Shown here: one piece after another, positions 53,931 through 64,000 of the stretch | Position numbering within the stretch: position 1 is the first letter of the stretch | How the letters are laid out: the number at the start of each line of letters is the position of its first letter | Origin: Entomortierella parvispora E1425 | Lineage: Eukaryota; Fungi; Mortierellomycota | Reading direction: 5' to 3' | DNA: 64,000 nt | Assembly (NCBI GenBank): GCA_020891255.1 | Contig: BQFW01000003.1 | Location: 992,001 to 1,056,000 of the forward strand | Position numbers and translations under genes: made by a program | Notes under the pieces: model-generated | The model's database searches: none | What the model was told of the DNA's origin: nothing | The model's input: only the letters and a program-made list of their open reading frames with translations

Positions 53931-56657
53931 ATGCGTAGGCATGCCCATCCGATTGGAGATCTCCTCAAGAGGCGCTCACATTCGGTACTATTACCGGATC
54001 TGATCTGTCAGTCGTTTCAAGCATGTGCATCAAGAGATTTCATCGTCCGGAGCCTTGCGTCGATTTCGCAGGCGCCTCGTCAACAACACACCTTGCCATG
54101 GCTCACAGCGCGACCAGTGCTTCGTTCGAATACCCTTCCCTGTGGCTTCCACCCCTCCTTCAAATACAGCACTTCCAGCAACGTCGCCAACGAATCGACA
54201 TCACTGCCTGCGGCCGCCAGCCCTGCATCCGATCTGCCAGTATCGTCCCTATCCAAAACATCACTCAAGCCATTGCCGCCGCGACGATCTCTTCATACGT
54301 CATTCGCAGAACCATGGCGCAGAGAGGAGGATGAGCTTCTGTTCAATTTACGACAGCAGGGCATCGGATGGAAGAAGATCAGTCCGCAACTGAATCGACC
54401 CGTTGCATCCTGTTACACACGATACTATCGCTTTTTAGACCCCTTCCTGGCCGATGCTGTGGAGGGAGACGCTGCGGAGGAGGAAATATATCGATCAGCT
54501 GTAGAGGCGACTCAGAAGGCTTTGGAGAATAATGTTCCCAAATCCCTGTTGGAAAGATCGAGGGATCAATCTGGAAAGCCTTTCCCATATCAAGTTCAGG
54601 GACCCTGGACCGCCCTGGATCGGGAGCGTCTGGAGCAGATGATTCACCAGGAGTTACCTTGGTCTATTATCTCTCGAGAGCTGCAACGGAATCAGGAAAG
54701 CTGCAAGGAGAAATGGCTCCGGATACAAAAGGCGCGAATGGACGAAACCCGACGTTCAAAGAAGATGCGACGGGATCAATGGAACCGTTTGTTTGAGCAA
54801 GGGTTCACTCCATTCCATCGGGACCAACTCGTCCTCGAGGTTGAAAATCATTTAAAAGCAAAGAGGAAGGCCCGTATACGACCTCTCGGCTTTCTGGAGG
54901 AGGACGGAGAGGATCTGGATGGGGACAGTTCCACGTTTGGATTGATGAGCGTGAACCCGGGACTGGGTCCAAATAGTAACAGCATGGAAGGTTCAGCATC
55001 CAATGTGGAGTCCATTGATTGGGATGAAATTGCCAGATCCCTCAACGGGAAGTTCTCCGCCGATCGACTTCGGAGAGTTTACTACGAACTGGCGACGACC
55101 AAGCTTGTTTGGACACCAGAAGAGGACGATAGATTAACACGAGCAGTCGTGCGCCTTGGGCCCCCTGAGCTGCAACCCAAGATTTGGTCGATGATCAAAG
55201 ACGCATTTGGTGACGTGGTCAGAACCAGCGAGGACTACAAGGAGCGATGGAGAATGTTAGATATGCCAGAACTGGAGCGAGAGTGGGACTTTTTGGAAAA
55301 GAAGAAATTTTGGCGACGGTGGATGGAGCTACAACAACCTGGATCCCTATTATCCCTCAAGGCTTTCCTACCCTCGGAGAGTGGGTCCGATCCGGGCTCT
55401 GAAGTACAGACCAATGAGGATATGTGGGACCTGATCGCAGAAGGGCTTGAGTATAGGCACGGACGCGACTGCCAGCTTTATTTCCAACAAGCCACATTTC
55501 GCTTTCCTAGGGATCCGGATCTCTTTCAGCATTTGACCCATACCATCGCCAATGTTTATCTTAAGCCTCAGCGGACACATTGGGCACCAGAGTCGTTGAA
55601 ATTGATGGTGGCGGCGGTGAACAAATATCTGAAGGCGAACGGTCTCGTGAAATGGAATGAAGTTGCCAAGGTCCTTGGAGGTCGGTACACAGCTATTCAG
55701 TGTGAATCGAAATGGCAGTACTTGTTGCAACGTCAAAAGGGCAAACAACTTCCTCAGAACACGGAGCTGGATCATCCCATTGAACAAAAGTCCAACGTTA
55801 GAGCACAGGCTACAGGATCCGAGGGCGTGAATGAACCATCGAGCTCTGAGGAGGCGATTCCCGTTGACGCGGTCGATATGATTATAGCGCCCAGGCTATG
55901 GACGGATAGTGAACTAGAGTTGCTAAAGCAAGGCGTCAAAGAATATGGAGAGCAATGGGCCAAAATTCGTGATGCATTCCTCCCACATCGGACCATCCAA
56001 GTGCTGCACGAACGGTATTGGCGCAATGAAGCCAAGAGGACGGGTCGATTCTCGCAAAAGGAGCGAAATCTACTCGAAACTGCGATCGAAACCTATGGCG
56101 AAGACGCAGATTGGAATCTCATTGCCAGTCAAGTTCCAGGGAGAACCGCCGGTCAATGCCGAAAGAACTGGAGATACGGTCATACGCACCATGTTCACAA
56201 GCTGGACGAGCCCTGGACAGCTCAGGATCGAGAGCGTCTCAAGGCAGCGGTAGATCGGTTTGGCAAAAAATGGACCTTGGTGTCTGAGTTTGTCGTGGGC
56301 AGAACCCCAGACGAGTGTAGGAATGAATGGCGTGAGAAGGTCGACAACACGGTGAAGTCAGGCGCCTGGTCGGACGAGGAGTTGAATACGATGATGGAGC
56401 GCATCTCGGCTATTCTGACTCAGCAGGAGGCCAAAGAGCAGGCCCTTTTGGCAGAGCAGAAGGCAGCTCAAGCGGCTCAGGATCCAGCAAGCAAGAGCAA
56501 GACCGCCTTTGTCGATCTGGCGCCTCGATTCAAGGGCAGGAGAAAGATTGACTGGGACGAGGTCGCCAAGGGCATGGGAGGACGGACAGCACAGCAGTGC
56601 CGCCTCCGTTTTGAGACCCATCGTCGGACATTCAGAATCGATGCAGATGTATGCTAA
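53931..56657 (+). CDS. Multi-Myb/SANT repeat protein (~10 repeats), intronless, with presequence-like N-terminus
   Basis: First ATG is at 53931; the ORF track starts at TTG 53922. Repeats include PWRREEDELL..GWKKIS..RPVASCYTRY, VWTPEEDDRL, LWTDSELELLKQGVKEYGEQWAKI, FSQKERNLL..DWNLIASQVPGRTAGQCRKNW, PWTAQDRERL..GRTPDECRNEW and WDEVAKGMGGRTAQQCRLRF. Confidence 0.88.
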   Translation: MRRHAHPIGDLLKRRSHSVLLPDLICQSFQACASRDFIVRSLASISQAPRQQHTLPWLTARPVLRSNTLPCGFHPSFKYSTSSNVANESTSLPAAASPASDLPVSSLSKTSLKPLPPRRSLHTSFAEPWRREEDELLFNLRQQGIGWKKISPQLNRPVASCYTRYYRFLDPFLADAVEGDAAEEEIYRSAVEATQKALENNVPKSLLERSRDQSGKPFPYQVQGPWTALDRERLEQMIHQELPWSIISRELQRNQESCKEKWLRIQKARMDETRRSKKMRRDQWNRLFEQGFTPFHRDQLVLEVENHLKAKRKARIRPLGFLEEDGEDLDGDSSTFGLMSVNPGLGPNSNSMEGSASNVESIDWDEIARSLNGKFSADRLRRVYYELATTKLVWTPEEDDRLTRAVVRLGPPELQPKIWSMIKDAFGDVVRTSEDYKERWRMLDMPELEREWDFLEKKKFWRRWMELQQPGSLLSLKAFLPSESGSDPGSEVQTNEDMWDLIAEGLEYRHGRDCQLYFQQATFRFPRDPDLFQHLTHTIANVYLKPQRTHWAPESLKLMVAAVNKYLKANGLVKWNEVAKVLGGRYTAIQCESKWQYLLQRQKGKQLPQNTELDHPIEQKSNVRAQATGSEGVNEPSSSEEAIPVDAVDMIIAPRLWTDSELELLKQGVKEYGEQWAKIRDAFLPHRTIQVLHERYWRNEAKRTGRFSQKERNLLETAIETYGEDADWNLIASQVPGRTAGQCRKNWRYGHTHHVHKLDEPWTAQDRERLKAAVDRFGKKWTLVSEFVVGRTPDECRNEWREKVDNTVKSGAWSDEELNTMMERISAILTQQEAKEQALLAEQKAAQAAQDPASKSKTAFVDLAPRFKGRRKIDWDEVAKGMGGRTAQQCRLRFETHRRTFRIDADVC

Positions 56658-56924
56658 TATTATTGTTGGACTAAAAAATAAAAATTGGCAATGACTGCTT
56701 TGTCTCCCATCGTCTCATGGTCATCCAAACAGCAGGCTAAGCCACCAGTTCTTTCTTTTTTTTTTTTCTTTTTTTTTTTTCTTCATGCGGTCCCATTGAG
56801 TTACACCTGCAGCAGACACATACATTACTCATTCCCACACTCTTTGTTTTGTTCGAGTGCCCGACATCCACCCTCTTTCTCCCCTCTCCTTCATCCCCCC
56901 TCTCTTTTTTTTATATCATCAACC

Positions 56925-59020
56925 ATGCCAGCCGTCACAAAGAAGGTTGTCAATCCCGAGAAGGAGATGCGGGGCAAGAAGCCCTACACTCGCCATGGAC
57001 CTGGAGGCCTGAAAAAGAAGACATACCAGGCCAAGCCCGCCAAGTTGGACGAGGGTGAGGTGCTCGAGTCAGCGGCAGCGTTGAAGAAGAAGCTCCGCGA
57101 CACGCTCCGCATGTTGAGCTCCAACGACAAGATGCCTGCCGATGTTCGTCTGGACAAGGAGCGCCGAGTCGAGGCCCTGAAACTGCAGATTGCCGAGAAG
57201 CAGGTCGATCAGAAGGAACAAAAGATGCAGGTCAAGTACCGTATGCTCAAGTTCTTTGGTAAGTTGAAAAAACCAATCTGACAGGTGGATTCACGAAAAT
57301 GATAGCTATCAAGAAAGGTTCATATATAGGGTATTATTGTTTTTTTATTGTTTTCTAATTCTTTTTTTTTTTCCCCTCATATCCCACCAACATTCAAACA
57401 GAGTCAAAGAAGGCAGACAGAAAGATCAACGTGTTCAAGCGTCAACACCCCAACTACGAAACCAACGATGACGAAAAGAAGGAGCTCGCAGAACTGGAAC
57501 TTGACTTGGCGTACATTCAACATTTCCCCAAGGCTGAGAAGTACTTGGCCCTCTACCCGACCGAAGGCGCAGAGGACCCCAAGGTCAAGGCCGCCCGTGA
57601 CGAGATTCGGGAAAAGATTCGTCTTGGTCTGGCCTCGGGTGAGATCCAACAGTTTGAGAAGGCGATCCGCGAGGAGGTCAAGGCGAAATTGATTCAGAAG
57701 GACGGCAAGTCGGTCACGGAGGAAATCAAGTTGACGGCCGAGAAAATTCAAAGGGGAAAGAAGAGAACGAGAGAGCAGGTCGCTGCCGATGAGAACGACC
57801 CCTTGTCGGCCCGCGCCAAGGCCACTGCTCAGAGGGAGGCGACGAAGCCAAAGAAGCAGGCCGCTGCTGCTGTTGAGCCTGAGGAGAGCTTCTTTGAGGC
57901 CGTGGTGCCCAAGGTGGAGTCGGCCAAGGAGGTTGCAGAGCCACCCAAGAAGAAGGCTGCACCAGCGGCGACCAAGGAAGCGGCAGCACCAGCAGGAACT
58001 GAGGAAGGAAAGAAGTTGGGCAAGTGGGCTAGAAAGGCTATCCGTGCTCAATCGACCTTTGCCGCTCAGGAAGTCGAGAAAGAGGAGTCACCTGCTGCAT
58101 CGGCTGAGACGACGCCTGCACCCATGGAAGTTGAACCCGTGGAGAAGAAGGTTGTTGAGAAGAAGCTGCCTGAGAAGAAGGCACCAGTAGAGAAGAAGGC
58201 CGCAGTGGAGAAGCCTGCCGAGAAGAAGCAGCCTGCTGAGAAGAAGCAGCCTGCTGAGAAGAAGCAGCCCGCCGAAAAGAAGCAGCCTGCCGAGAAGAAG
58301 CAGCCCGCTGAGAAGAAGCAGCCCACCGAGAAGAAGCAGCCTGTCGAGAAGAAGCCCACCGCCGCCGCCAAGAAGGCCGCCGAGAAGAAGGAGGTAGCTG
58401 CCAAGGAGGCATCCACAGTGGAGCCCACCGCCGCCACCGCGACATCAACACCCACAGAGGAAGTCCAAAGGTCGGCCAAGTCCAACAAGAGACAAAAGAA
58501 GAAGGAGATGTACAAGGCTGCCAGGGAGGCAGAGGCTGCTGCCAAGGAGGCCGAGCAAGCAATTGAGACCAAGGCAGAGGAGAAGGCTGCTGTGGAGACC
58601 AAGGTCGTAGAAAAGAAGCCAGAGCCCAAGCCAAAGGCCGAGCCCAAGCCCAAGGCTGAACCCAAGCCCAAGGCTGAGAAGAAGACCCCAGCTCCTAAGG
58701 CTGAGAAGAAGACCCCAGCTCCTAAGGCTGAGAAGAAGGCAGCACCCTCTCCCAAGGCCGAGAAGAAGAAGGCCGAGCCAAAGCCCAAGACCGAGCCCAA
58801 GGTTGCTGAGAAGAAGGAGGCCGCCGAGCCCAAGGAGGAGCAAGTCAAGATCACCGTCTTGAAGGTCGAGAAGGACGATGTCGTGAGCGACTCTGACAAC
58901 GACGATGAGCCAGCAGCACCCGTCCGCAAGGTGGTCGCCATCGACATGTCTCAATTGAAAGAGCTTCCTGAGGTGCCCAAGCGCCGCGGAGGTCGCAACC
59001 TGAACAAGTTCAGAAAGTAA
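56925..59020 (+). CDS. EFG1: rRNA-processing protein Efg1 (DUF2361) with long K/E/A/P-rich repeat extension, 2 exons
   Basis: LKKKLRDTLRML...MPADVRLDKERRVEAL...MQVKYRMLKFF|ESKKADRKI...LDLAYIQHFPKAEKYLALY matches the Efg1 pattern (KY+xvKFFE+kKaxR; YxxxFPxxxKY). Intron gtaagt...aaacag. Confidence 0.85.
58217..58357 (+). repeat. Coding 18-bp repeat (AEKKQP)x7 in the EFG1 tail
   Basis: gccgagaagaagcagcct units with synonymous variation. A second PKAEPK / PKAEKKTPA array lies at ~58617-58800. Confidence 0.9.
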
Positions 59021-59253
59021 ACACCTGAACTCGGGACGGGCAGACATGAGTTTTTACCCTTTTAGCAATATCATCCAGCATCCATGCATCTTCATCCACA
59101 TTGTACCCTATTCAACCTTACCCACCCATAGAAAACGACCGATTCATAAAACAAATGTCGCGTTTTTTTATTGTCTTTTTTTTTTTTTTTTTTTTTTTTT
59201 GGTCATTTTATCGTTTTATGCTCTTTTGGATGCTTGGGTGGCAAATGGACGCG

Positions 59254-62200
59254 CTACCTCTTCCTGTTTCTCTTGATGATAATGATAGGACTCGACCATC
59301 TTTCAACATCGCTGGCTCGACCACGAACGCCCCATGGCTTCAGCACCTTGACCACCAATCTGTATCGACCGTCTGGCAAGTCCCTGGAAGTCGGCGCCTT
59401 CTGCTCCTCTTCACTGGTGTTTGGCTTCTTTTTCCGATGGGCCTTGTGGCCACCATGACCGCGTCCTCCACCTCGTTTCTCGTCTTTCTTATCCGGATCC
59501 ATTCCTTGGACTCCCCTCTTCATCTTTTTGATCTTCTTCCTCAACAGCTTCTTTTTCTTGGCAAGCAGTGCCTGCGGCACGTCTGCGCCTGCAGCACCAT
59601 TCATGATATCCTTGTTCTCGAGCAAGAGATCACCTTGCCATGTGAAAATCTGGAATGTGTTTCCCTCCGTGGAGTCTGATCGACTTGACCAGGGATTGAA
59701 GCCATTGGGGATCAATCCCAAGATCCTGGGAAGACAGGCAGGACCAGTTCGTCCGGAGCCATTAGGAGGAATGACGGGTCTTCCTGGTGGAGGCTCCTTC
59801 CTTCCTCGATGACCACTAGCGCCTTTGGGGGCATTGACAGATTTGGATCTGCCCTTGATGGCTAGCCGTCTCCCTTTCTTGGCCTTGTTCTTGCTGCTCT
59901 TGCTCTTCTTGGTCTTCTTGGTCTTCTTGGTCTCTGTGCTCTTGCTCTTGCTGTTGCTGTGATATTTCTTGTCTTTGTTGTCCTTTGGTTCTTTGGCCTT
60001 CATTTCCAAGAGTTCGTCTTCATAGAGCGAGGGTTCGAGCAGCATGACCTGTGAGTAACCCTCATAGGGCATATACAACCCACTGGGCATGAAGGCCAAC
60101 TCTTGTGATCTGTTCAGACGTTCCTCCATCATAGCCACTGCAATAGGGTCATTCAAGATCGCGTCATCCTCTTCGTCCAACTCGCAAGAGTTGTCCCCTT
60201 GCTGATGTTGTTCCATCCTCTGATGACTCACGGCCACGACTCGCTCTGCCTCCTCCAAGGCTGCCGCGGTCTCGATCTGGAATCGACCCTGACCTGATCC
60301 TCCAATCTCAAGTCGAATGGTATTGTCTGCCTGTCCGCCTCGATCATCGTCGCAAACACTCTCGGCCTCGATGGTGAGAAGACCTGTGGGGAAGTTCACA
60401 GAGACCAGGATCTGAACCCAATCATCGTCGCCCTTTCCTACACGGACCGACTCCTTGCGGTCCCGGAAGAGGTTTTTCTTTTTGTCCTTATCGGCATCCT
60501 CCTTACTACCTTTCTTGCCTTGGGTATTCTTGCGGGTCACGTCTTCATCCTTTTGGAGACCATGATCCTGAGCGACGCGATGGTGATGATGACCATTGAC
60601 TTTTTCCTCTCCGTTCAGTTGCTGTTCTGGTTGGCGGCGATGGCGGGCACTCCTTTGCTCGGGGTCATTCTCGTCATCCTCGGTACCCTTGGTAACGCTC
60701 TGCGTTTTTGGACCCGTGGATGCGGTCAATCGATCGAGCTGCAAAGCGGGATACGCCAAAGCGGGGTTCAAGATTGGGACTCCTGCCAAATTGCCATGCA
60801 TGCCACCATAGGAGACCAAACTCGAGCCACAATCTGACACCTCGCCGACAGAGTTGGTCGACTTGCAGAGGAACTCAATAAAGCCGCTGTAGAGCCAACG
60901 CTCGTCCACATTCAGACCAGGTGGAGGTTCAACTCGTATTTGAACCTTTCCCGTGGCTCCAGGGCCTAGGCTGAACTGAGACGGTGTCATAGTTACTGCA
61001 CCTGCACCAAGCTCGGACGATCGCAGTCGGGATTGGTTCACGGGAGTGTAGTGGTTACTTTCCTCAAAGCCGTTGATGGAGAAGGCAGGTCGATGCACCA
61101 GAGTCCAAGCGCGCGTTCCAGTAGAGGACGGATTCGTAAAGGACAATTCGTGCTCCAGCTTCTGGAACTGAGTGTCGTTCAGGTACAGGGCTGTGGGGAT
61201 GACAAACGTAGGTGGATCAGCTGCAAAGAGCCTCTCCATAGAGACAAGTCCTCCTCCTTGCTGAAAGACTGAAGTCAGGCCAGTGGTAGATCCTGGACGG
61301 ACCGTTGGTACAGCGGTCGACTGAAGTAGGTTCAAGAGTTTGGCTGGCTCTGTTTTACCATACCGAGCGAGGTAGATAGCTTGGATACCGGCCATATACG
61401 GAGACGACATGGATGTTCCCTGCAGAGTCATAAAACCTCCTTTGGCCACGGGGAAGGTTGAGTAGATCATTCCTCCAGGCGTAACAATATCGGGCTTATA
61501 ACTCAATCGAGCATCGGGACCCCAAGACGAGAAATCAGAGATCTTGCCGCCACTCGCCAGTTTGAGAACCTGATCCTCCGTTGAGAACTGGGCTGTCAGC
61601 TGAAGTCCCTGAGGCTTTGCCTTGAGCGCATCCAAGATCGTATTGGCGTCCTCTAAAGACAATCCTGCTGCTGAGATATTGAGTCCATTGATGGCCATTC
61701 CCAGTGGTCGTTGCTCTGGTATGATATCATAGACAAGCATGCCGCCAAGCTTTGCATTTGAAATGAATTTGGCTTTTTCGGTGAACGTACAGATTCCTCT
61801 TCGAATCAGGACCAGGATATTGGCTCGTGAGATCTTGTACTCTTTCTCCAAGGCAGTGGTGTCGTAAGCAGTGCAACCCACTGGATCCTGAGCGGACACA
61901 TGGACAACATATGGAGCATCCTTACGGAAGGACTTCATAGAAACATCAGCAGCATCTGATGCCATGGCCATACCAATTTTTCCTGGAGACTGTCGACCAG
62001 ACGTTACAGCATTGTCGACGATCTTTCTTGCATCCACAGCCTTGTAGCTCAAATCAGCCGCTGGTCCCAAAAAGTAGGTGTTGTCGACACTGCCAACAGC
62101 AATTGCTCCCGCAGCCGTTGCAGGTGCTCCGTCTTCAAAGAGCCCCTCCTCTCCATCGTTTCCGTTGGCGATCGAGATATGAAGTCCCTTTCGGATGTAA

Positions 62201-63818
62201 GCAGCACACGCGGTCGCAAAGGGCTCCTCGGGCCATCCTGAAGATCCTCCCAATGACAAGTTCACGACATCCATGCCATCCCCGAATGCACGTTTGATAG
62301 CTGCCAAGAGAACATCATCTCCAACTTCTCCCTCACATCCAAAGACTCTGTAGGCGCCGAGGGTCGCATCAGGTGCAACCCCGACAAAGCCCTGGGTCCC
62401 AAGTGCATTAGGAGCAATGTTCCTGGCCGCAACAATACCGGCAACATGGGTTCCATGACCTGCACAATCCATAGGATCCTTGTCTGGCCTGGGCGTGTCC
62501 TTGTCAGTGTCACCATTATCATAATCATCACCGACAAAGTCGTAGCCAAAGGCAACCTTGCAGCCAGGACCAAAGCATCCTCCGAGAGCCGGGTGCGTGT
62601 AGTCAATGCCCGTGTCTAATACAGTCAATAAAAAATGAATCAGACCATGGCTCGATCAGTAACCAGATAGTTTCTACGCTGTTTTTTTTCTTTTTCTTTT
62701 ACCAATGATACCGACTTTGATCCCCTTTCCTGTCAATCCTAGTTTCTCGCGTGCCATTTGAATGCCAGTTAAGATATGCGCTGACTCGAGAGTTGGCCGC
62801 GTCAATTGCAAGGATCCGAGCGGTAAAGCTCTTGGTCTCTTTCGTGTGCGCTATCGACGATAACAATGGAAATAGAGAAGGTGCTTATGTCAGTTTGAAA
62901 TTCTTGCGTCACTGACTTTGTTGTTGTCTCCTGATAGGGAGGGGCAATCAAGCTTACCACAGGGTAGATGCCGATGACACCATTCATAGCCGCGATCTCC
63001 TCCAGTCCATCGCCACTGCCCTCAAGTTTGAAAGAGATCACATTCAAGACGTCGTCCTCATCCATGCCAAACTCGTGTCGGATCGTTACTCTGCCATCCG
63101 GTAAAGCCAGCAGAGCTTGAGTGACGACCCGATGCTGTTCTCGAGCATCTGCGGTTCCAGGAGGGGCAGATAGTCGAGCATAGTAGGTATTGGTCTGTAC
63201 ATGCCGAGAGGGTTTCCCGATCTTGGTCGTGTCTGCGTCTCCCGGCGCCTTCTCGTGCTCGTCAATCTTGGGTGACAGAGGAGGGGGAGGAATAGCAGAA
63301 GGGGCCGCTTCTGTGGTAGGCAAGGGTGCATCCTCAACAGCAGGAGTGCTTTTGGGACTAGGTGCCTCCTGTTGATCCACTTCATGCTCCTGGTCCTGGG
63401 GTATATTTTCTTTGTTATTGTCCTTTAGATCGCCGGTAATGATCCTAGCCTGAGGAGAAGGGTCCATAGGAGACCCCTTTACGCTGATGGAACCTTTATC
63501 CTCTACTGCTTCATCCGCCGCCACCACTTCTTGCGCCCTGTCCTCTTTGTCTGCTTCGAGATCCAACTGTTCAACCGAGAACGCGCTCTGGCCTGATCTG
63601 CTTGCAAAATCATCCAAAGGCGAGTCCCCGACAATGGGTTGGAAGTTGGATGGAGGTGACTCTGGTGCTGTAACTTCCAGAGCACAGACGGCTCCTATAC
63701 GGTTGCCCTTGTACATCAACCATGGTGGCACGTTGATGGCCAAGAGGACGAAGAAGAGCACGACAGGGGTCCGCACCAAGGGTCTGTTCCGCTTCATTGT
63801 GATCCCGAAAGACTGCAT
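59254..63818 (-). CDS. Secreted S8 subtilisin (C5a-peptidase-like: I9 prodomain, PA domain, Fn3-like C-terminus), 3 exons
   Basis: Hydrophobic signal VVLFFVLLAINV. Intact triad: VGII|DTGIDYTHPALGG, GHGTHVAGI, GTSMSSP. PA domain LVLIRRGICTFTEKA; C-terminal LPDGRYRLVVKVLKPWG. Start could be 63818 or 63797. Confidence 0.92.
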
Positions 63819-64000
63819 ATGCTGTTTCCAAAGATTCTGTTCTGTGGATAAGCCCTGAGCGAAGAGCAGGGAGGAGGAAGTAATAGGAAATAGGAAGTAT
63901 CGATGCGAAGAAGACGGATGCTTCGTGCAATGGATGGTGATTACTGTGGGTGGGTTGGACAAGTGTAGGGTTGGATTGGAAGAAACAAAAACGCTGAATC

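Noticed and set aside
57404-58947. 215-aa and 293-aa antisense ORFs over EFG1
   Set aside because: Reverse-complement shadows of the AAG/GAG/GCC repeat tail (FFSAGC repeats).

Overview
Eukaryotic, intron-rich fungal DNA with GT-AG introns and long homopolymer/CT-rich spacers. It is most likely Mortierellaceae (Mucoromycota); this is inferred from the F-box/RNI-like gene type, the HSPA12-like Hsp70 and the overall gene architecture. About 20 protein-coding genes can be supported. In order: an ABCC/MRP transporter, alpha-actinin, mitochondrial EF-Tu, a Q/P-rich HSPA12-like Hsp70, a vWA protein, a tandem ubiquitin-like array protein, BLOC1S2, head-to-head mitoribosomal mL54/uL24m, an ALDH3-family aldehyde dehydrogenase, two small orphan proteins, a two-domain GT-A glycosyltransferase, an F-box/RNI-like gene, a P2-type cation ATPase, a second F-box-like gene, a ~10-repeat Myb protein, EFG1 with a repeat tail, and an S8 subtilisin. 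A gene-poor stretch at ~35.3-45.4 kb holds one intact gene, a frameshifted RNase H-containing non-LTR retrotransposon remnant, and two distinct tandem arrays (15 bp, and 44 bp double-hairpin). A decayed F-box paralog fragment lies at ~29 kb. I saw no tRNA, rRNA or CRISPR. The most unusual candidates are the intronless multi-Myb protein with a mitochondrial-presequence-like N-terminus, the Hsp70-like/vWA/non-cleavable poly-UBL trio at 15-22 kb, and the hairpin repeat array. All motif calls were made by eye; no database searches were run.
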